Positions 59,630 to 64,000 of a stretch of 64,000 nucleotides of DNA are shown one piece after another; the stretch's first letter is position 1; the number at the start of each line of letters is the position of its first letter. The notes below the pieces were generated by a model. It saw only the letters and a program-made list of their open reading frames with translations, searched no databases and had not been told where the DNA came from. Made by a program: the position numbers and the translations under genes. Source of the stretch: Cyanophora paradoxa CCMP329 (lineage: Eukaryota; Plantae; Glaucophyta); the NCBI GenBank assembly GCA_004431415.1, contig QPMI01000522.1, positions 248,001 to 312,000 of the forward strand, given 5' to 3'.

Positions 59630-59986
59630 CGAGGGCCATCAATGGGCCAAACGCGAAAAGTCAACTCCGAGAGCTCGAGACTCGGAAGTGACGCTTGGAT
59701 TGCGGAGGTTCTTATAACCGCCGCAACAGCTGTGGGGGTACCCCCTCCGAGGCTGGCGATCGCGGCGATCACGACCCTGGCGATCGCGATTTTCTCCCGA
59801 TCGCGACCCTTTTCGATCGCGATTTCGAGATCGGGGACATTAATGCGATCGCGAGAAAGGAAAAATCGGAAAAGGCCGAAAAGTGCCGTTTTCACGCGTG
59901 AAATCGATCGAAAACGAGGGTTCGAATCCCGGGCCCGGATTTGGACTTGGTCAGAATCTCGAGTCAAAATGGGAGAAAAATGTGAC

Positions 59987-60070
59987 CTGGGACTTGGGAC
60001 TTGGACTTGGACTTGGGACTTGGGACTTGGACTTGGGACTTGGAAGAGTTGGAATCAGAGTCTGGACCCA
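59987..60070 (+). repeat. (GGGACTT/GGACTT)n module 1 with conserved GGAAGAGTT..GTCTGG.CCCA tail
   Basis: Direct reading; tail shared with modules 2 and 3. Confidence 0.9.
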
Positions 60071-60143
60071 AAAGCGGGGAAATTTTCGGACGGGGAGAAA
60101 AATGTCAGGCAATCTCTATTACGATTTTCCCTTTGAGTTGAAT

Positions 60144-60572
60144 ATGGCATTCGAGAGGTTGCGCGAGTTCTGGCGTTGGCACCTCACGGGACATGACATC
60201 CCCGACGTAACACCAGAGCCCAACACACAGGGCGTGCTTGAAGTCATCCGTCAATATCCGCGTCGATTCAATGAATGGATTGAGTTCCACGCGACGAGCC
60301 GTTTCCAGAGCCTCCCCGAGGCCATACGCGAAAATTTCGTGAGGCTGGTGGGACCAGGCTACGACAACCCTAACAATCATAGACCACGCCCAGCTGGCGT
60401 GACACGCGAAGCTCGAGAAGACCGTAGACTTTTCCGCAGGGAATTGAGAGAGGATAGACGGAGGCTTTCAATGGGGCTCCCGCAGATTGTGAGGGGGTAC
60501 AGCCCGGATTACGAGACTTACCAAGAATTGTACGGCTTCGAAAATCCCTTTGAGAGGGCACTACCAGGGTGA
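60144..60572 (+). CDS. Intronless hypothetical protein of the element (alternative ATG at 60102)
   Basis: MAFERLREFWRWHLTGHDIPDVTPEP..YQELYGFENPFERALPG*; natural amino-acid composition; the upstream extension in the ORF track is repeat translation. Confidence 0.6.
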   Translation: MAFERLREFWRWHLTGHDIPDVTPEPNTQGVLEVIRQYPRRFNEWIEFHATSRFQSLPEAIRENFVRLVGPGYDNPNNHRPRPAGVTREAREDRRLFRRELREDRRRLSMGLPQIVRGYSPDYETYQELYGFENPFERALPG

Positions 60573-60911
60573 GGGGCCAGGGGGGCCCCTGAGGGTGTAC
60601 CCCCCACCCGAGACTCGACCTTCGGCGGACGCACTCGGGCGATTTCCGTCAGGCCGGCTCCCTTTTTCTGCCTTCGGTCCAACGCTAAATTTGGCTTTTT
60701 TCAGGCCAGTTGGCAACGTTTTCCGTTGCGAACTAGACCGCGAAAAAAATCGCCCACAAAACCGCGGTCCGCCGCCATTTTGGCTCACTCTTGAAACGGG
60801 TTCGCCGCCTTCTCTCAGCCCAAGGAAACCCCGCCTCTCCGAATTTTCACAAGTCCGCCCTCACAGTCACCTCACGTTTTGCCTTTGCTGATTTCTTTTC
60901 CCTTTGCGCAG

Positions 60912-61981
60912 ATGTCGATTCCCGCTGAGCTTGCCGAGGACTTCGCCTTTGTCCAAGCAACGTGGGCTAACTCCGGTGGCACTCAAGGGGCTACCCCTGA
61001 GATGGAGCAGCGCGCCGACGCTCTGGGGTACATCTACAATTATGCCATCTTACGCGCCACTGGCCCCGAAGTGCAACTTCTCCCCAAGTCCGCCTTCACG
61101 TCCAAGGCCAAGAAATCCAAGTCCAAGCAACCCAAGCCCGAGCCCCCCGTCGACGTGCCCCCCGTCCCCGGCTGGGTCAAGACCGCCAACGGCTGGGGCG
61201 ACCCCAAGCTTTTCGCCGAGTCTGCTGCCGAGACGCTCGCCTGGGCCTACCCCCTCAAGTCTTCACGAATTACCCCCCTCCGTCATCGTCGTCATCTGCC
61301 CCTCAGCCCGTCGCCGAGCCCGCCCCCGAGCCCGCCGATGACGCCAAGTCCGAGGCCTCTGACGTCGAGTCTGACATCAACGACTTCATCGACTTTGACG
61401 TGCCGATTCCATACGACTCTGAGTCGTCTTCTGACTCTGAAGGCGACAACGAAAACCCGACTCGCAAGCGCCGCATTATCAAGACCAAGTCAATCGTCAA
61501 GAAGAAGTTCATGGAGACTACGTCATTCACCGACAACTCCGAGCGCGTCAAGGACCCCGCCAAGGCACACGAGAAGGACTTGAAGCTCGGCGCCGGCATT
61601 GCCCGTTCTCGCGTGACGTCACACTACAGCGAGCGCCTGACTCAGCACGTCAAGACCATTGAGAAGCGCGTCCTCTGCAACGAGCTCCGCAAGGAGTTGG
61701 AGCGCAAGCGGCGCCACGAGCGCCTTGTCCAGTACCAGATCAACAAGGCGCGGATCGCCGAGCGCAAGCAGAAGGAGGCGGCCGAGCTCAAGGCGCGCAT
61801 CGAGGCTCAGCAGCAGCGCGAGGCAGAGGCGGCAGCGGCCTTGGCGGCGCAGCGCGAGCGCGAGCGGCAGGACTTGGTGCAGGCAGCGCAGTCCCTTCCC
61901 CGCATTCCCCTTAAGTCGGCGCCCGAGGGCCTCATTGAGTTGGTTTCCGATGACGATGACTCTGACTTTGAGATGCTGTAA
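60912..61981 (+). CDS. Element-encoded nuclear coiled-coil protein (one gene with a 1-bp frameshift at the C run ~61250-61254)
   Basis: MSIPAELAEDFAF..TLAWAYP continues in the -1 frame as PQVFTNYPPPSSSSSAPQPVAEPAPEPADDAKSEASDVESD..PTRKRRIIK..coiled coil..LIELVSDDDDSDFEML*; strong codon bias in both parts. Confidence 0.7.
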
Positions 61982-62053
61982 ATAGTATTGCGTCATTCCA
62001 TTGTACATACTTGTAAAAATTGGCCGACTATTCAGTTACGACTTGGCGCGATC

Positions 62054-62171
62054 CTGGGACTTGGGACTTGGGACTTGGGACTTGGGACTTGGGACTTGGG
62101 ACTTGGGAAGAGTTAGACTCAGGGTCTGGGCCCAGAATCTCTCTGGATCTGAGAGTTTGCCGCGCCAAGTC
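62054..62171 (+). repeat. (GGGACTT)7 module 2, left arm of an inverted repeat
   Basis: Heptamer array plus ~65-bp tail aligning with the reverse complement of 62487-62549. Confidence 0.9.
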
Positions 62172-62394
62172 CCTAACCACCGGGCAGACATGTAGAGGGG
62201 TACGGAAATCTGCATATGACGTTTCTGGTGACATTCCAGGTGAGATTTCAAGCGAGGTAGAGTCTGAACTGGTGTACGACTTGTAGCATGATACTGGACA
62301 TGAAAGCTCACGAGAGTATGCAACCGAAAACGGATGTGAAGAGGGGTAGGAGTTTTCGTGTGAGATGTCGAGAGAAGGAGGGTACGAGATGGGA

Positions 62395-62469
62395 TACGAG
62401 TAAAAAAGACTACGAGTAAAAAGACTACGAGTAAAAAAGAGTATGAGGAGTGGTAGGAGTAAAAAAGTC
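62395..62469 (+). repeat. 16-bp iteron-like direct repeats TACGAGTAAAAAAGAC
   Basis: Two exact copies (62395, 62411) and two variants (62427, 62454). Confidence 0.85.
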
Positions 62470-62486
62470 GGTAGAAAAACTCACCT

Positions 62487-62632
62487 GACTTGTCTGACAA
62501 ATTTCTGATCCTGGAGAAAGTCTGGGCCGGGACCTGGGTTTCAACTCTTCCCAAGTCCCAAGTCCCAAGTCCCAAGTCCCAAGTCCCAAGTCCCAAGTCC
62601 CAAGTCCCAAGTCCCAAGTCCCAAGTCCCAGG
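62487..62632 (-). repeat. (GGGACTT)11 module 3, inverted; right arm
   Basis: Eleven CCCAAGT units at 62550-62626 preceded by the reverse-complemented tail. Confidence 0.9.
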
Positions 62633-62653
62633 TTTTTCTGAACCTAGGGCAAA

Positions 62654-63019
62654 ATGGCCCTGCTCCGGTGCACCGACTCGCAAGACGTCGCCTACAACGT
62701 CCTGGTCAACTCGGACGTACCCCCGAGTGCCTTGGAGTTTCCCTGGAGAGTGGACAGGGACAGGGTGAGCAAGACGTTTGGAGGGCGCAAGCACTACCTC
62801 TCCCAGCTGATCCTCGGGAAGTCGCCACGTGGACGCTACGTGGAACACATCAACGGCAACCCGCTGGACTACAGGAGGGAGAACCTGCGCTGGGCATCAA
62901 TGTCGGAGATTCGCAAGAAGAGGAGGGGGTACGCCAATTTACAGGAGAAGAGCGAGGAGATTCGGGAGATGATGGAGGCGACACAGGTGCTAATGCAGCT
63001 TAGCCAGTCTAGACGCTAG
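62654..63019 (+). CDS. HNH (HNH_3-type) endonuclease-like protein, active site degenerate
   Basis: YLSQLILGKSPRGRYVEHINGNPLDYRRENLRW matches the phage/virus pattern LHRLI.G....VDHINGN.LDNRR.NLR. Confidence 0.8.
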   Translation: MALLRCTDSQDVAYNVLVNSDVPPSALEFPWRVDRDRVSKTFGGRKHYLSQLILGKSPRGRYVEHINGNPLDYRRENLRWASMSEIRKKRRGYANLQEKSEEIREMMEATQVLMQLSQSRR

Positions 63020-63821
63020 TGGTGTGAATCTTGGTGTCGTACTCGCGACCGACCGTTTCCCAGGCCACGTAAACTTCGGCTCCGGCGCCTGGCGCTGTCG
63101 AGTTGGTAGTCGCAGTCGTGTAGTCCGCCTCTGCCTCAATTAGTTCGGCCATGAGGGTAGAGCCCACGACCATTCCAGAGGTAGGCATTCCGGCGATGTT
63201 GTTGTACAATTTGAAAGTGAATTTCGTGAAGAGGAGCCGGGGCCAGACCTGGGTACGGGGATTCGAGGCGCCGTATGAATAATCGGTACCCGAGGCGCCG
63301 CCCGTGGTGGCATTCGTCATCATCTCCTTTGCGGTCATCTTCCAGAGGTTGTACATCTCAAAGGGAACGGCCTGCGTGGTCTTGTGTGTGGCATCGATGA
63401 GGGCGCCATCTAAATGCGTTTTGATGTTCGGATTCGCACCATTCCCGAATTTGCGAGTGAGGGCGGTGTTAGCGGTGAACTTGAGTTCGAGCACGCGAAT
63501 GGCGGGCCGATCAGGCACAGAGGGCTCTATCTTTTTCAGGAGGCCCGAGAGCCAGAGCGCCTCCGCCTCATCCGCGCTCACGCCCGAGTCGATGTCAAAG
63601 TACACGTACACGGAGCAGGAGGCGGGATTCTCGAAATCGTTGGAGGTGACGCGCAACATGACGGGATTCTGGACCCTCACGGTGAGCGGGGTGGCGTAGT
63701 TTCCGTCCCACTCCACCTTGTCCGTCCCTGCGTTGGCCACGTTCCCAGCGTTGCCGTAGAAATCGGGGACGATCGAGCCGGCAGACACGGTCTTCACGAT
63801 GGTGGCCGAGGTGGTCGGCAT
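63009..63821 (-). CDS. Intronless 270-aa beta-rich protein, candidate virion structural protein
   Basis: Thr/Ala/Gly/Asn-rich with many alternating beta-strand segments (LTVRVQ, SVYVYFDI, IRVLELKF, FTFKLY, EVYVAW); no recognised motif. Confidence 0.65.
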   Translation of the reverse strand: MPTTSATIVKTVSAGSIVPDFYGNAGNVANAGTDKVEWDGNYATPLTVRVQNPVMLRVTSNDFENPASCSVYVYFDIDSGVSADEAEALWLSGLLKKIEPSVPDRPAIRVLELKFTANTALTRKFGNGANPNIKTHLDGALIDATHKTTQAVPFEMYNLWKMTAKEMMTNATTGGASGTDYSYGASNPRTQVWPRLLFTKFTFKLYNNIAGMPTSGMVVGSTLMAELIEAEADYTTATTNSTAPGAGAEVYVAWETVGREYDTKIHTTSV

Positions 63822-63844
63822 TTTGCGACCTCAAATGAGAAAGA

Positions 63845-64000
63845 TTATCCGTGAAAGAGGGTGATGTCGCCACCGATGTTCATGACGCGGGCCCCAGGCA
63901 CAGAGTCAGCGTCGGTGCCGTACGCGTAGGAAATCGAGCACTCACGCAGCTCCGCGCAGAGGCTGGCGCCCGTGCTGAAGTGGGGCTGGTCGGCGGCGTA
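63845..64000 (-). CDS. 3' end of a further element gene (absent from the ORF track; 5' part outside the window)
   Basis: Open frame from 64000: YAADQPHFSTGASLCAELRECSISYAYGTDADSVPGARVMNIGGDITLFHG*, stop at 63845-63847, 23 bp before the next ATG. Confidence 0.6.
   Translation of the reverse strand, partial: YAADQPHFSTGASLCAELRECSISYAYGTDADSVPGARVMNIGGDITLFHG

Larger units (their letters stand above)
59630..64000. mobile_element. Left part of an integrated virus-like element (Polinton-like virus/virophage-like candidate), truncated by the window edge
   Basis: Abrupt switch to compact ORFs without coding introns and loss of the host CCCGC intron runs; HNH gene; 11-bp gene overlap and 23-bp spacer; element-specific repeat modules; no hallmark gene inside the window. 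Confidence 0.6.

Noticed and set aside
59755-59850. GCGATCGC as cyanobacterial HIP1, implying cyanobacterial origin
   Set aside because: Sites are clustered in a non-coding leader rather than spread through the ORFs, and a spliceosomal-type intron is nearby.
59918-59930. GGTTCGAATCC as a tRNA T-arm (also near 28994 and 53087)
   Set aside because: No acceptor, D or anticodon arms; the other two coincide with G|GTTCGA splice donors.
62054-62632. Telomere-telomere fusion or interstitial host telomere
   Set aside because: GGGACTT is not a telomere repeat I recognise, the arrays are short, and each carries a conserved unique tail inside a gene-dense element.
59987-62632. DIRS/Ngaro-type split-repeat retroelement
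   Set aside because: No gag, reverse transcriptase, RNase H or tyrosine recombinase motifs in the enclosed ORFs.
62036-62848. ORFs with WDLGLGT or PKSQVPS repeats (also 59883-60100, 62001-62286, 62490-62768)
   Set aside because: Translations of the GGGACTT array, which is open in every frame.

Overview
GC-rich, very intron-dense eukaryotic nuclear DNA, so most ORFs in the supplied track are GC-rich or antisense noise; the gene models below were spliced by hand and their internal exon boundaries are approximate. An MAF- transit-peptide-like start and a possible flagellar docking-complex gene weakly suggest a flagellated alga such as a glaucophyte (inference only). Bases 1-54.2 kb hold about 14 tightly packed spliced genes. 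They include a SET-MYND (SMYD) methyltransferase ending in a CaaX box, a 15.7-kb DUF4062-NACHT-like-TPR gene, a RIN13-like Cys/His protein, a CCDC151-like coiled-coil protein, a Methyltransf_24 enzyme, a polytopic membrane protein and cryptochrome DASH. A clean hAT-type MITE with an 8-bp target duplication lies among them. Introns often use GC donors (consensus G[T/C][G/C/A]CGC) and often contain diverged duplications of their own splice junctions. Bases 54.3-64 kb are an accessory island with two further candidate insertions and a lower-GC Cys-rich gene. From about 59.63 kb to the window edge lies the left part of a compact, virus-like integrated element. It has a TA|CGAGGG start, three (GGGACTT)n repeat modules in direct and inverted orientation, an origin-like spacer with 16-bp iterons, a degenerate HNH gene, an NLS/SIM coiled-coil gene with a host-type 5' UTR intron, and intronless beta-rich ORFs that may be structural. 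No hallmark viral gene (pPolB, ATPase, integrase, recognisable capsid) is visible inside the window.
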